From Phoronis australis (lineage: Eukaryota; Animalia; Phoronida), in NCBI GenBank assembly GCA_002633005.1, contig NMRA01000023.1:178580-242579 (forward strand): a stretch of DNA of 64,000 nt. Reading direction: 5' to 3'. Positions 1 to 14,855 of this stretch are shown here, one piece after another. The notes under the pieces were generated by a model. That model was not told the origin of the DNA and searched no databases. It saw nothing but the letters and a program-made list of their open reading frames with translations. A program made the translations under genes and the position numbers. Every line of letters begins with the position of its first letter. Positions within the stretch are counted from its first letter, which is position 1.

Positions 1-3000
1 CAGGTGTCGTTATTAGATAATCACAGTGTCTTTAGAAGGAGTAGAACTCAACGGCGACTTCGAAACATTGTGTTGTCTTGGCGCCAGAAGCACACAAGCA
101 TTATAGACGGCTGCTTGCTCTCTTGAAAAACGTGCATTAGAACGATTTCATGGTTATCGGCAGATGCATTTGAAGTGTATACAAAATGGGCTGAATGTCA
201 ACAGGGAAACCGTCTTCTGGTGGAAATCTGAGTTCCCGGTGGGGTAAGATGCTGAACAACAATGAAGAGCCCGCAGTAACGCGTGTATCGAGTATGAGAT
301 CCAAAATGTTGTGGCATGCCGAGTCTTACGTTGAACTAAAGCATTTTTGAACATGTCTAGGCTCTCTAGACTTTTAAAGGCTAAAGTATCTGGAAAGGTT
401 TAGCCTTTTTCAAGAAATATTACTCATACTTGCTCTTTCCCAACTCCCCCAAATTGATAAAACACACCTTCCTTACAATGATATATAGCAATTGAAAGCT
501 GTTTTATTTGTGCGGCGATCGTCCATTTTTTAATCTTACTATGGCCAAAACTGATTTAATTAAACAACAAAGCACTGTCACATTGGGTAGGAGTTCCCCC
601 TATCCTTGAATTCTGGACGGGTGTATGCCGGCCACCAGCCTTAATGCAAAATTTTTTTAGTTATTATACAGCTTTGCGCCAGTGTGAATAAAAACTGACC
701 AGATATAATATGAGTGTCATTAAAACAACCCTGTTCCTTGAGTAAACTAAATTATTTACCGGGGTTTGAAAAATGGCGTTTTGGCGTTGCTATGTTGTTA
801 AAAATACTATTTCAGCTTCAGTTTGTTAAAAACTTCATGAAACAGATTTTATTCAAGCTTTTGTATTCGAAACCTAATCCCAAATAATATTTTTGGACAT
901 GAAACCGAACTGAATGCAGAAGTTTTAGATTCATTTTTATTATTTGTATGATGCACCAAGAAACGGTGGATGCCGGACGAAATGTCAATCGAAATTCGAG
1001 TGTCCAGCACAGGTCAAATATGAACTTGGAATTTCGCTTAATCTCATGATCGTGTTTCGACCTACATTACGTAAGCTTGGAGTACCCGGGAAACCATGGC
1101 GTCTTCAATCAAATAATCACGTTCTCGTTACTATAATTCGTTTACGGGTAGAACGGATGATCGTGGGACCAATGATTACAAACATTGTCTACACTGATCA
1201 AAAATTCCATCTGATTTCTTTTATGTGTATGTAATCCCATGCCCATGCATACGCGATCTTCAGCTTATGCAAAATTCAAAATCACGCATGCCAAGTAACT
1301 TATGGAAGGCGTTCGGCAGAAGATACATGTAGGTCGAACTTCCCTGTTAAAAAGACCTGCTGCGCCTTCGAATTGACTATTACCGCCGTAAAGTTTTAAA
1401 TGAAGATCAGTTTGAGCTGGAATTATCTGCTATCCTAGATGGCTGTAACAGATTCTCAGTTAGCAAAGACAGGTAAGTCATCAACGTCGGATGTCCGAGG
1501 CGTAACTTACGCCAACCTCAGTTTTCAAAATGTTATGGTAGATCTCGTTTTAATACTCATTACAAGGCTAACTGTATGGACTTGTTGTTGTATACATGCT
1601 GATTGTCTATACACCGTGTTAGTGCTAATTTAGATACACCTAAATTGGTGGATTGTATTAATGTTGTGTTGTGTTCTTCAGGGCAATTGGGTCTGTGTGT
1701 TGCACCACGAGACAGACAATTAAAACGCGGAGTAGTCGAATTAAATAACATCAAGGAAACCCCGATCCCGTAGCAAAGCCCAAACAAGTACAGTTCATGT
1801 AGAAGACGTGTGGAAGTGGTGGCGAAGTGATCAATAAGCTTCCGATCAAGCATTCACCCACACACGGAATTCCGTGTGTCGTTCATCATGCTTCCACCGC
1901 GCCACTTTTCAGTATATATGGCGCTGTTTCAGAGGGTACACTGCAAGCAGTTTCAGCCGCTTGCATAGCATCGAGTAACTAGAAGGTGCCGATTAAGACA
2001 AGTGAATTTACAAGGGTAGCCTCATCATGATGCGTAAAATAATTACCCGCCACTACTGAAAAAGGATTCTCAATACATAAACAACAGGTACCCATTGTGG
2101 TTTTGGATACTGCACATTACATTGTGTGATGTTAAGAGAAATAGAACGTGTATTGTTTTAATCATGTCAGTAGCCATTTGCCACCTAATGTGTAACGTGG
2201 GTTTTGATTTTATGTTATAGATTAACAGATGTGTTAAAAATGTTCAACCACTTGATTCTTATATACTGTGGCAAACGCTTTGCTACTCTTCCTGTGTACC
2301 GGCTTCCCAAAAATTTGCTAGCTCTCAAAGATCACAGCAGGCCAGTCCCAGAAATGAAGCTGAAAATGCAATTGTAAGTGAATATTAGTGGGAAGTTCTA
2401 GGACCAAACACAAAATTTAAATGAAAAAACTTGTGAAGGCCTTTTCATCAGTGAAGTCATGCCACGCCCCTTTATTTCCCGTTGCTAGGATAGTACTATT
2501 GACAAAAAGACCACCTGCAATTCATCCAAAAATTCAAATTTGACTGTTCCTTGTATGGGAGATCATAATAAGCAAAAACTGTGATATATGAATTAAATAT
2601 GCCTGCTTTGCGTCATGTTGCGTGTGCGTGTACGTGCGTGCGTAGCTGTTTGGGAATTTTCATCCACGCAATGTTTCCGTCTGCTTATCAACAACCGAAA
2701 TCTTTGTAACATAATTATGAACGCTAAAATGTTTTACTGTCCTCTGACACGCGTAAGCGCATTGGATTGATGATCGTCTGTCCATACTTATGTCCTATGA
2801 TATCTCAAGGAAGCTTTCAGTTTTGTTTGTATTTTTGGTGAGGATTATATGAGGAATCTCCAGGCTATTTTGGCGGCTTTGACTTTGAATTCAAGGTCAC
2901 ATATAAAAAAATCAAGGTTTTTTCCGGAAAATGTTTGCACATGTGATTTTGTGTGCATTTGCACAAAGGTGTAGATGGGCTATCTCAAGACATCAGTAAA

Positions 3001-5759
3001 ATTTTAAAGGTGATAGTAGCATTTCCATTTTTTGACATTAATAGACATGAAATCACATCTGCTATTTTCGTGTTCATACACGCATAAACAGGAAAACAAG
3101 GTTGAAAGATAACTTCATTGAAATTGCTTTCAAAATCACTCATCACCACTTAAAATTATGAATACAAGCCTTAAAAATTGTCATATCCCAAAGCACAGTA
3201 GGGACTCACCTGTGATTTTGGGTGGTCGTCCTCTTTAGGCGGCAGCCCTATGTGCAGCCCTTCGCATCATTTAGCAGACATCCAACACCTTACTTAGGTC
3301 TCCCAATTTACGTTTTGGACACACATATAAAGTGTACAAGTAAGATTTGATGGTGTTTTAGCTAAGGGTACCATCCCTGGAAGTTTTCTAGCCTGTCCGA
3401 ATAAGAAAGTTAGTTTAGAGACATGATGTAAGATGAGATAAACTTTAAAACTCACACATGAGTCCACGGTAACAAACCGCTTTATAAAAGCCATTTAACT
3501 TGGGATTATAGAAGTGGTCAAGAGCCATTGGACATACATGCCCTGATTAAACTCATTTCCAGCACCCTACCCTTTAAATCCTGGATTAAATCCTGCCTGG
3601 TAATACGTGGTTGGAAAAAATTGGACCACCTGTGACAATTACTTCGATGCTTATTGTTTCTCTTTTTATATGTGTGAAAGTTTAGTTACTTAATTGACTA
3701 TATGAACTATGCATTTTATATTGTAATTACAGCTAAAGCAATTTTTTGCAGTGTTTAAACCACTTTGATAATATAAACAGTTTCTAAAACACTAAAAGAG
3801 GTGCGAAATGTACTAATTGATTCTTATATATGTTTTTAATCTTCTTGTGAGTAAACGAACGCTGGATTCATGTTAATGCCCGGCTATGAAATTGAAAGAT
3901 TTGTTATTCTTTCTAAGGGAGCATGTCATCATAACAAGAAGAGCTGGAGATGGTTGTTCATTCCGGTGAAAGTTGCTAAGAGCTATGACTGTATCAACGA
4001 GCTGACGGAACTGATAGTGAAAACCTAGTTACAACACATGTCAGACATGCACCGCCCCTATGATCTTAAGCAAAGCAAAATGATTCCCCGTTTGCTGTCT
4101 TACAACATGGCTGTCTTCGAACAATGACCAACAGCAGAAGTCAGTGCGTTAGGGAATAGCCGCCCAAGATAGTTTGTCACCTGGATGCAATTCGATCATG
4201 TGCACTTAGTTTGAAGAAGAGTTTCATCTGGTTCTGCAGATTAGATTATAGCCACGCTTTATCCAGTTGCACAATAGGTAACGTGTTAAGTCAGTCCATG
4301 GGCAGTTTGTGTACAACCAATATGGCAAACTTAGCTTTCTGCTAACAATTTCTTTAAACAGTGTTTGGTTTACAATGAAGCATTCTACATATTGAGTATG
4401 ACGTATCAGGTGCGTGTTACCTGTTTCAACTTGGGCATTCTAGTGGATGGCATTCCAAGGATTTCCACCCGAATGTGTTGTCTATGGTTTGTCTACAGGT
4501 TGATCATTGAGAGGCAGATATTTGTAGACGTATTTTGTCAAGGGTCAATATTTTGTGCGTAACATATCACTATGTTTGCTTTTTTCAGTGGTGTTTTACT
4601 GCTTAGGAAATTCACATTCATTTCCACTCCATAACAGCAAGATCATTTCTTTTACCTGACATTTGACTGCAGACAGAGGAGTTGAAATTAAACAATGACG
4701 TCAGAGGCTCGAACTCAGTTGGTTCAGCAGTTCCCAACACGCTTACTTATCGGTTGAATTTTTCGTTTCACACCAATAAATCATCGAAATTCGGTGTAAA
4801 ACCCTTACAAACACATCGAGTTCTTGAACAAACGTGTTGCTTTATTTCTCTTTTACGGATGTATAGGTATTTGAACGTACCGTAGTCTAATAAGTTCAGA
4901 AGGCCAATTTACTAAGGTCGGTCGCGGGAGTTTGGGGTCTGTTCGGTGATAAATTCGAATTATTGTTCCGTGAAATAGAGACAGGCCGAAAATCATAGCT
5001 GCGTACTGTAATTTTAGATTTGCGATTCTTTCAATTCTAAACACACAGCACGCTTATTATCCCGGCCAGTGGCTTGGAACCCGATCAGGTTCGTCGGAAC
5101 TGGACTGAAGACATCACGAAAATAAACTAGCCAAAGTTGGAAACTAAACCTCCAGTCACGAAAACACTATACTAGTGAGCCAAAGAAGAATGTGCACGTG
5201 ATTTTTTTAGTGATTTAGCCGCGAAACTGCAAATCTAATTACTCGTCGGAGGGCGCGAAGTCCGGTTCCCCTTCCATAGAACATATTGTCATGACAAAAG
5301 TTGTACAGCAACCATGATTCGAATCATGTATTGTACATCAAGATAAAGATTCACTATGACATGTGACCATAGCATATAAAATCGATTTATCTTTATACAA
5401 AAGCTTTCTGTCAGCAAACACTGAATTAGCATGCGCTCACACGGCCTCGGTGTCCGGTCAATTAACTTAATTTATTGCATCGAAGGCCGGTAACACAGTG
5501 ATTTATTTATTGCTGGCTTCTCAAAACATTTGCACTCGCGAACACTCCAAAGGCATTACAAATTTTACCTAATGAGAAACATTTTGACTTTTCGTTTCAC
5601 TTTTATAGAAGCATTGGTTTGGGTGAGAACAATTCATTTTGAAATAGCTAGGTCGCACAATATTAAATATCAACATGGCAACATGCAATCCCGACTCAGA
5701 CGAGTGCTCATCAGTCTCTTTTCTGCCCTGGCATCAGCTGCTTGGTAAGCCGGCATTCA

Positions 5760-6085
5760 CTGTCACGAAATGCTGGCCACGGACACGAAGATGATTCATG
5801 GTCTCATACGGCGTAGTTTTCATTCTTAACTGCCGCGAGCCACTTCCAAAACATTTTGGGCTCTCGAGGAAACCGCAAAAACGATACACCCGCTTTCTTC
5901 GCAGCTTCAAAGTTCATACAAGCGTGAACGGTAAACCACACCATAGCGGAACTCACTTTGCAGAAGAACCGCTGATGTCGCTGTGTCGTTTACTCACCTT
6001 CATCACAGGTAAACGCGATACCTCTCGACGAGGTAAAATCGATTGCATACGAAGTTATGTGGATATAGACCGACTAAGACGGTAA
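5760..6085 (-). mobile_element. THAP relic, same family as 10060-10400
   Basis: Clear nucleotide similarity to 10060-10390. Translates to MVWFTVHACMN..FLRFPREP..KWLAAVKN..RVRGQHF with a stop and frameshift. Confidence 0.6.
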
Positions 6086-6669
6086 AAGAGACGTATTAGC
6101 TCGGTTGCCATTCTCCTCTCTGCGTTTTGCCATCTCAAATACCAGACCGATGGTGTTGAACATTGCTCTGTTGGCTAGAAGCTGTGCTTGTAAATAAGAT
6201 GAGTTATATCAGTAGCAGATTACCTGCTATAAGTCATTGCAAATTCTATGTATTAGCTTGATATCAGAAAATAAAAATTGTATAGCTTTTGATAATGGGC
6301 CGTGGAGAGTATGTCTTTTGTAAGTAAGGATTAGTGTTTTCGAAGTCTGTCACCAGTCCAGCTGTGAAACCTTGTTTTGAAAAGTTCAAGTCATGACTGG
6401 TTTTACTACATTAGGACGTATAGTTATCACGAGGATAACAAACGTAAGAAGACCCTAGGTGCTTGGCGCACGTCTGAAGCTGAATGAACTTGTTCCAATT
6501 ACTACGAAATATTAAAAAAGACGCTGACTGTGGTGATGATTGTACATTTGTCGACTTAGTTTTGTTAGAAATTGCATTTGTTGACATAGAATACACTGCT
6601 AAAACTTTAACCCTATATTCTCCTTTACCTACAGTACCTACTTCGTATTCCACAGTATCAAAATTGGTC

Positions 6670-7050
6670 ACTGCCAGACATTCAGTGGTGGGTAGTATCA
6701 GCCAGACGGTTATAACAAGGGTAAAAAGTTGAGCTAATTAAATCCAAGAGGTAACCGCATGAATCCAGTAGTACAATTTTCACCGCGAGCCCAAGTATCA
6801 CGAATAAAAAATGCCAGACAAATCTAGTGGTGGGTTAGCCCCGCAAGACACGCCCAAATTCCCGAGTTGAGCTGATCAACCCACCAGGTAACCGTTTGAA
6901 TCCAATTGCATGATGTTCAGCATCACTGCACATGGCACGGCATTAAAATGCCAATTCAGCAGTGGCGTGACCCTACCAAACTATAATAAAAAGGGCTAAA
7001 TTTTGAGCTAAATCAACCCAAGAGGTACCCGCATGTAACCAATGCGATTA
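6670..7050. repeat. Degenerate tandem repeat, ~138-bp period, 3 units
   Basis: Recurring GCCAGAC..AGTGG..TTGAGCT..CCAAGAGGTAACCGCATG at ~6672, 6812 and 6950. Confidence 0.6.
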
Positions 7051-9949
7051 ATAATCCTCTTCATCGGAGACGGAGTCTGTAATTCGTGGTTCATTTCCGG
7101 AATTAGACAATTCTCACCAGGTGAACTATCTTTAAGGATGGTTGGTTGCTTCACCTCCAAGATTATTTTTGTTGACTTCTGCATTTGAACTGAACAATAT
7201 TTCAGGGCGAATAGACCCCTCAAACCAAATTGGCAGTGGCGTGTTAGTTTGAGTTGCATGCCAACCAACCAAATAAGTTGATGTCAGTCCATCCACAGGA
7301 TATGCTGTCGCGGCACGGGTCCAAAGTGCTGTGACGTACTGCTTTCGGCGAATCTTCATCGGCAGGCTACGAAGACAAGGAGGAGCAGCGCGCAGCCAAT
7401 TCGTTTTAAATTTGAAAGTGGATTCTTTTGAAAGAAAATTATCATATATAAGTATACTTGACTTTGATAGTAGTTACATGAATACATTATCAGATCTAAT
7501 AGTTATATTATTTCTCACATGACCTGGAATATGCTACGACACAACTGGTTAATTACACCGGATACGTAATTTCTTAGTGTTACATAGGCGAATCAGAAAG
7601 TATTGCACGGTAGAAATCCATACGTCTTACAGTTTATCGTCTGCAAAACATTAAAACAATCAAATGCACGCCAACGAAACAATGCCGAAATTCCGAGAAA
7701 GTGACAAATTTATGATTGACAAACCTGGTGTCGCAACTGCACGCACTCGCAGTGGGAAGCAGATGCAAACAACTTCTTAAGCGGGCCCATCTTAGGTGGC
7801 GACTTCCATATCCAGTTTCTATCAAACGTAGACGAACCCCATTAGTGTAATGTGCCCGGCCTTGTGGCCTGAACACGCCTGATTTACCGCAAAAGCATCC
7901 GCCACCTGCACCCTTTTTACCCCAACTCAAGAAACGCGGTGAGATTGTAGCTGTGCTGTCTCAATCCAGTGTTCACGTGCGAGGAAGCTTTGATGACTGT
8001 TTATATCCACATTTTCAAGTTTTGAAGATACAACTTCAAAGGTTATTTATTAGATTCTAACTTGAATATTTGGTATGCAATCTGAATGCAATTTACGATT
8101 CCTAAGTTTGAACTAAACCTACATGTATTTACAAAAAGCCACTGAATTACCTTACATTGCGCAAGCGTGTTTTTACAAAAGTTGGATCATATGCTTGAAG
8201 TGTTTACACACGTCAAGTTTTTCGTCAAAAAGGATAGTTTTTAAGGTTCATGTGACAATTTCGTCAAAATCCCTCTGCAAGCCTTGAGAAATTTCCAAGA
8301 GGTTTTGCCCATACCATTGTCTATTTAAGGGTTATCACTACATAGCTTATCAAGTTTGCCATTCATGTCCATAAGTTTGACGAACCGTGCCTCGTTAACA
8401 GCTTTAAACTTGCTTTTTGACTAAATGCAACACACGAATTCAATGAATAAACCGACATCGATGCTGACAAGCACGTCTCCAAAAGTAGTGAACATATCGT
8501 TGAACTTCATGACATTCAGCAATGCACGAGCGCTGGACTTTGCCTTTCCTGAATAACAAGGAATGACGCGTAAGACTATTTCATTATAGAAACCTTTTAA
8601 TAGAAAAGCGTAATTCATAACACATTTTTCAGAATCCATTTACATGGCAGGTGTAATCACACCTTTTTGAATTGATTCAAATCTTGTCAATATTGCTATT
8701 ACCAAAATTCCGATAGCATACCTATAAAAGGCAGATGTTTAGTCCCATTGAGTGAAGCCATGTTGTCTAGTCTTGCTCTGTCAATTTTGTATTTGCGCTC
8801 TTCAAAAACGTTTGCAGATTGATCTCGTGCTATTTCCCATTCTGCAGTCCATGACAACGTTTGTCGTGGATCGCATTTCTCGCCGCTGTTGTCCAATCGT
8901 ACCAATCAAGATTACTAAAATACCTGTATCTGAAGCCCTCACTATCACTTGGCGGATTGAAATGTTTGCAACGTGGAACGCAATCAACGTGTCTGCTCCC
9001 TCGTGGTTGCCTTAGAGATGGGCATGTTTTGTCACCATGATGTACTTTTTTCAATTGTTGCGTTTATGTCTTGATTACAAGTACTCAATTGCAGAATGGT
9101 TACCGCAAATTCATATAATTCCTTCTAGTTTTTCTAATGAAGAAAGGTGTTCAGCAAATTACCTAATATCGTGTCATCAACACGTGGAGAATTTGTCGCT
9201 TACACTGGTCACCGCTCAGATTCCTTCAGCCCCAGACAATTTTATGATGCCTATTCAGCAAGCCTTTTCTATTGATGTAGATCTGTCCTAGTAAAGTGGA
9301 AAGGTAAAAGTTAGCACTACAGTCTAAACAATGGTTGTTGTTATTACTGCCAAACTGGTTCTGGCATTTGCACAGATTTACACCCTGTGGAGAATTTCTT
9401 AGATCTAACAAAATGACTAAAAAGTTAATTTGTGTTCATCTTGGGCCACTTCCAAAAGAAACGATGATTTTAAATATCTTTCATACTGGTTTTCCATTTT
9501 CAAGTTGTCACCTTGTCTTTTTTCTTACCGTGAAGGGTTGGATACCTTTTCATTCCATTTTTAAACTTGAAGTATCAGTGGTAGATTTTCATCGTCACTG
9601 AAACCTAATCATTGAAGTAAATCGTGAACCCATCCCTGAACTTTCCCGATCACAGTTACACTAAACACTTCACGGCAAACAAAACTACACGTGTCATTAC
9701 TTCAAGTTTAATCTTCATTAGAGCTCAAATCATGAAATATAAACAAAAGTCAGTTTTTGGCCATATTAAGATCAAAAAAACGCCGCACAAATAAAAAATG
9801 TCTTGTCCAGTCAACGTTTCGTCTATTCATTAGACATCATCAGGATAATTAAGACAGAAGCGTCGACATACCAGTCAGGTAACATCCATATAGTGAAATG
9901 TAATAACCTACGTACTTATTATTCCCTTTATCTCTTGCTGCTCTCATTT

Positions 9950-10429
9950 CACTACATGGGTGTTACATGACTGGTATGTCGACACTTGTACGATAATGGA
10001 AACAACAGACACTTGCGTTTGCTGCCACGAAATTCCGCAAGTGAAACATCTTCGTGTCGACGAAATGCCTGCCACAGACTCGGAACGATATTTCATGACC
10101 TCGTACTTGGTATTAACGGCGTACATTTCATTCTTCACTGCCGCGAGCCACTTTCAAAGCATTTTGGGGTCTCGAGGAAATCGGAAAAAACGGCATACAT
10201 GTAAATGCTTTCCTCGCAGCTTCATAGTTTGCACAAACGGGAAAGATGCACCGCACCATAGCGGCACTCATTCTGCAGAAGAAAAACTGACGTTGCTGCG
10301 TTGTTTTACTGACTTTCCTCACACATGAACGCGACACCTCTCGATGAGGTAAGATGGACCGTACACGAGGCGATGTGGATGGATATCAACCGAGTAACAC
10401 CAAAAAATGAAATCGGGTGGCATTCGCCT
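9950..10429. mobile_element. Second, more decayed Kolobok-type deletion derivative
   Basis: Plus strand DWYVDTCTIMETTDTCVCCHEI (KolX-like) abuts a minus-strand THAP relic (MVRCIFPVCAN..FFRFPRDP..KWL..FRVCGRHF). The right end GGTGGCATTCGCCT|TTAA resembles the 55708 terminus. Left end not defined. Confidence 0.65.
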
Positions 10430-10643
10430 TTAAAATCCCTTTAATATACACTAGACGTTTCATTACGATTGTTGCAATACATACATGTTCAACAACGTAC
10501 GTGTTTGTACCAGTATTTATTATATCGAAATTCGTGATATGCAAAAGTAATTGAACGAGGTCGAAGCCTTTTTTCTTTAACCCTAAAAATAGTTACGTTT
10601 TGTTAAATAAGGCCCATTATTTGTAATGTCTCTACTTTTTAAG

Positions 10644-11248
10644 GTACTGCATATACGGGACATCTATTGCTGAGACCAAAAAACGCTCAGAAGAGTTTCA
10701 TTGTCTCTTGTGACAGTGGGTGGACAGTTATTCAGCGCAGATTCGACGGAAGTCTGGATTTCAACAAAAAGTGGGTGGACTACAAAGTTGGTTTTGGGGA
10801 ACTTGACGGCGAACTGTGGCTCGGCAATGACAAAATTCATTACATCACTTATCAGGCTATATATAAGATACAGCTTATTATGACGCTTTGGAATGACGGG
10901 CAATTAACATGTGAGCACAATGGTTTTGCAATTGCCAACGAGACCGAAAAGTACAAGGTGACTGTGTCAGATGTGTCGAAGGTGAAGGGTGAAACAGAAT
11001 GCATTGAGTATCTCAACGGCGTACCGTTCTCTACCAAGGACTCGAAAAATTCTGGAAGAAATAAGCATTGCCCTAAATTGTATCGCGGTGGTTGGTGGTT
11101 CGTTAATTGTGGTCTTGTTAACCTCAATAGTCTCTACCCATTCCACGGTGATTGTTCTTTGAGAGATTTAAGCTATTGTATGAGGACAAAATATGGACAC
11201 ACATATATATTATTAAAACGTTCAGTCATAAAGATAAAGAGGGTTTGA
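10644..11248 (+). CDS. Terminal exon encoding a fibrinogen-related domain (FReD; ficolin/angiopoietin/FREP-like lectin domain)
   Basis: Motifs GWTVIQRRFDGSLDF, WVDYKVGFG, ELWLGND, NGVPFST and GGWWFxNC. Polypyrimidine acceptor tctactttttaag|GT at 10644 (phase 1). Open to TGA at 11248. Confidence 0.9.
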
Positions 11249-14200
11249 AGAGCTTTCAATCTTAGGACGAAAAATGAACGGACTCGAGAGGAATTGGGAT
11301 TAACCCCTCTTATGCTACTTCTAGATTCGAGAAATTAACGACATATTTATCCTGCTAAAAGGTTTTTCGTGGATCAATATTCTAAAAGCAAACATGAAAG
11401 CTGTTTGCATTTGTCTTTGGAGATAATTTTAATGTCTCAAAAGCTTATAATTACTACTGACTGAAATTGCTTAAAAATATCAGACACGCCGAACCTGTCT
11501 GCGAATAAAATATTTCAGAAACCATAGGACTCTGGGAGCTGGGTAGAGATCAGCAACGACCTCGCTAAAAAAACTTCGAGCGATTACGTAAGATATTGTC
11601 GTGTATTTTAAAGGAGAACAAGTGATTTGGGCCAGATTTTTAGTCGATAGCAACTGAACTCAATACTGGAATGCTTACTCCAGAACGTGACCAATGTACA
11701 TGTATGCTATTATTAGAGCTTGCGACCTCGAGACTAGCCGCTATAGTTTGTGTTGTGTTGGAACCGGGACCCGGCTCGGCATAACGAACTGCAAGTAGCA
11801 TTGACAACCTGAAATATTGAAATGCAAGCCGAGATTATGGTCTTCTTGAATTTAGTCGTAACATGCCACCTGGAATTTCCAACGTAAGCCAGTTGATTTG
11901 GCGGAAGTGGCAAACATAACGCAACTCGTGGTAACCGTAATATCTTTGACGCGGGAACATGCAACAGAGACCCTGTCTTTGACGCGTTTTATTGGCTAAA
12001 CTTTCGGCTACTTTTGTATTTTTTCAGATACCGTTACGCCGAAGGAAATTTTGAATATCGGCATCAACATGTGATGAAACGTCACAAAACAGCAATATTT
12101 CTATTCATTCTTAAACGATCAACTTACCAAACTGTGTGGTGAAAAAACACATGTATTTAACATTCAAGATGTCCAGATTATTTTATTACTACATTGTATA
12201 TAACCCACTATCACACTGCGGCTCTGGTCTGTCCCGCTTTTTGCGATCAATATCCCGGCAAAAATCGTGACTTGGAAATCCCGACAGGTATTATAACATT
12301 CTCTTTCAATGCGACTCGTTTTTTGGCAATGAACAGCGGCAGGATTCATCAGGCGCTTACATGTAAGTATGATTCACCTCTCACTCGCATATGTTGATGT
12401 CAATGTAATATTCCAAAGTGTGGGAACCATAGACGTCATAATACCATAGACCGGGCGCGCGCTCCTCAGATACATGTCATACGTTGTCAATATGACTCCA
12501 TATTGGAGAGTGCCACACAGGACAAAAATGACAGAAAATACTGACATTCCTATGGCACCAGTCAGAAAATCTGGGGGCTTGCAGTATTAATACTGCAGAC
12601 AAAAGGTCGAGTTTCTTGGTCCTGGTATTGAGTTATGGTTTTTTTGGTTCGGCAATGGATTTAGTGGTGCTGCAACTAATTTTTATCTGTCACCATGGTT
12701 TAAGCTGAGCGTCTTGATGATTGAGACCATAAAAGATCAATTTTAGTTATCTTTTTAAAAAGATAATTATTGACCAGCATATGCTGTTATCCAATGATGA
12801 TGCTGTTTGTTAATTATATTTAAGTAAATATTTGGTATTGGTATTAAAGACAATCATATGTGTTTTTACTTGTACTGAAAAACAACTTCCTCGAACACAC
12901 TCGCCATCCATCAAAATCAGTACATGCACTTGTAAGTGAAAATATATTCTCTGTCGAAGTGTATACTGCTTTAACTATGTATTCCAAAACCAGATACTTT
13001 CTGTCGTATAAAAACAAACAAATCCCTGCAAAATCTGTACTCATGTCGAAGTCAAAATAGGAAATTTTGCAGATGTGCACTGCTTTCTTGTGAGCTCTTT
13101 ATTTCTTGACTCAAAACTTGAACAAAAAGTGGATAGTAACCATAACATCACAGTGGTGCATCTAGGATACCATGGGAGGCAACATGTTGCCTCGTGGAAT
13201 TGGGCAAAGTGCAAGTGTATGTGCACAAGCGCCTGAATGTTGCGGGGGCCGGGGATGTGGAACTTTTGTTTGGAAAATCTGTCTGTGGACTAAAAAACGA
13301 AAAAAACGACTTAAAGGCATTTATTACTCATGAATTCGATTTTTTCTAAAATTTGTCAGAAACCGTTTTCCATCCTGTTTCTATAACACCTTGCTACTAT
13401 CGCTGCCTGTGACCCGGCATTGCTGTTCTGTCGGTGCTCATTTTAGGGACGGATCCAGGATTTTGAGTTAGGGTGTAGGGTGCCAGGGCAGACTAGTAGT
13501 CAGGGTTTTGCCCGTCAGACGTTCGCACCCCCCAACTGTCAATTGGTATATGGAAGAATTTTAGGGTGACCATGGNAATCCGCCACTGCATTGTTAGCGG
13601 TTCGCAATTGGTCTATTGTAATTTGCGTGTGTGTGCCGATTCGGTCTGCGGTAATTCGTGAACTACATGTATCTAGTACACAATATGGCAGACATGCGAA
13701 TATTTGTTTGTTAAGTTCTCAAACATATAAGTGAAAATTAAAAAAAATAAAAACCATTGGTAAAGATTACATTATCTACACCAACGTACTGTAAGCAGGC
13801 TTTGAAAAACAGAAAATGACAATTTGGCAATTATTTTGCGCAAAATAAGAGATGAACTACCAATTGTATTACTTTGCATGCGCCGGATTCTGTGTACTGG
13901 ATACGGCCTGTTCGTAGTTTGACACCAAAAATGTATTTATTGTGACAACTACGAAATTTGAATGTGCTAGTACTTTGTCAGAATACATTAAGTACTGTCC
14001 ATGTGCATCATTACAGTTTCACCGATGACTATCTGAAATAAAAAATGTTGTCTAGTAAACGGTGGCGTCATTTATTTTACATCCACTCTGGTGCTGACTG
14101 GTCACCACTCTCGATTTTGCGTAATGATTCGTAAGAAATAATAAGTTATCTACGAGGAAAAAAGGATATCATATGTTAGTGTTTGGCTACTTTGGCATGA

Positions 14201-14575
14201 AAGAAGCAACAAAAACGACGGACGTTGGTGTCAAACGTCATAAATACGGGATTGGCACACAAGTACGAATCGTCCATGAGTGACTATAGCAAGGCGAGAA
14301 GTGCGTTTCATGTTTAAGTGCCCATTCTATTTTGACTTCCAGTACAATCAGTACGCCTCCCGTTCAGTAACGCTAGGACCTCGCTAAAAAGCAAGACTTC
14401 GCGAGATTACGTGAGATATTGCCGTGTATTTTAAATGAGAACACGTGACTTTGACTAGGTTTTAGCTAGGTCCTAGCGTAGGTCCTAGCGTCTACGAAAC
14501 GCACGCCAGTAGACGGTCTGCCTCACTTGTGAGGATGGTGAGTGCAAGATGCAGCGACGTCAGTTGTTCTCCAGC

Positions 14576-14576
<1 letters not shown>

Positions 14577-14618
<42 letters not shown>

Positions 14619-14855
14619 ATGTGTTTGTGTGTGCGTGCGTGTGTGTGTGGGTGGCTGGGCGTGTGTGTGTGTGTGGGTGGGTAGGTGGGTGTGTGTGTGT
14701 AGGTGGCTGGGNNNNNNNNNNNNNNNNNNNNNNNNNNNNNNNNNNNNNNNNNNNNNNNNNNNNNNNNNNNNNNNNNNNNNNNNNNNNNNNNNNNNNNNNN
14801 NNNNNNNNNNNNNNNNNNNNNNNNNNNNNTGGGTGGGTGGGTGTGCGTGGGGGGG
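14577..14855. repeat. (GT)n microsatellite spanning an assembly gap (N 14712-14829)
   Basis: Direct reading. Confidence 0.95.

Noticed and set aside
3850-4560. LINE C-terminal relic on the minus strand (ILGMPSTRMPK, IALSNF)
   Set aside because: Too decayed to support a family call without a search.
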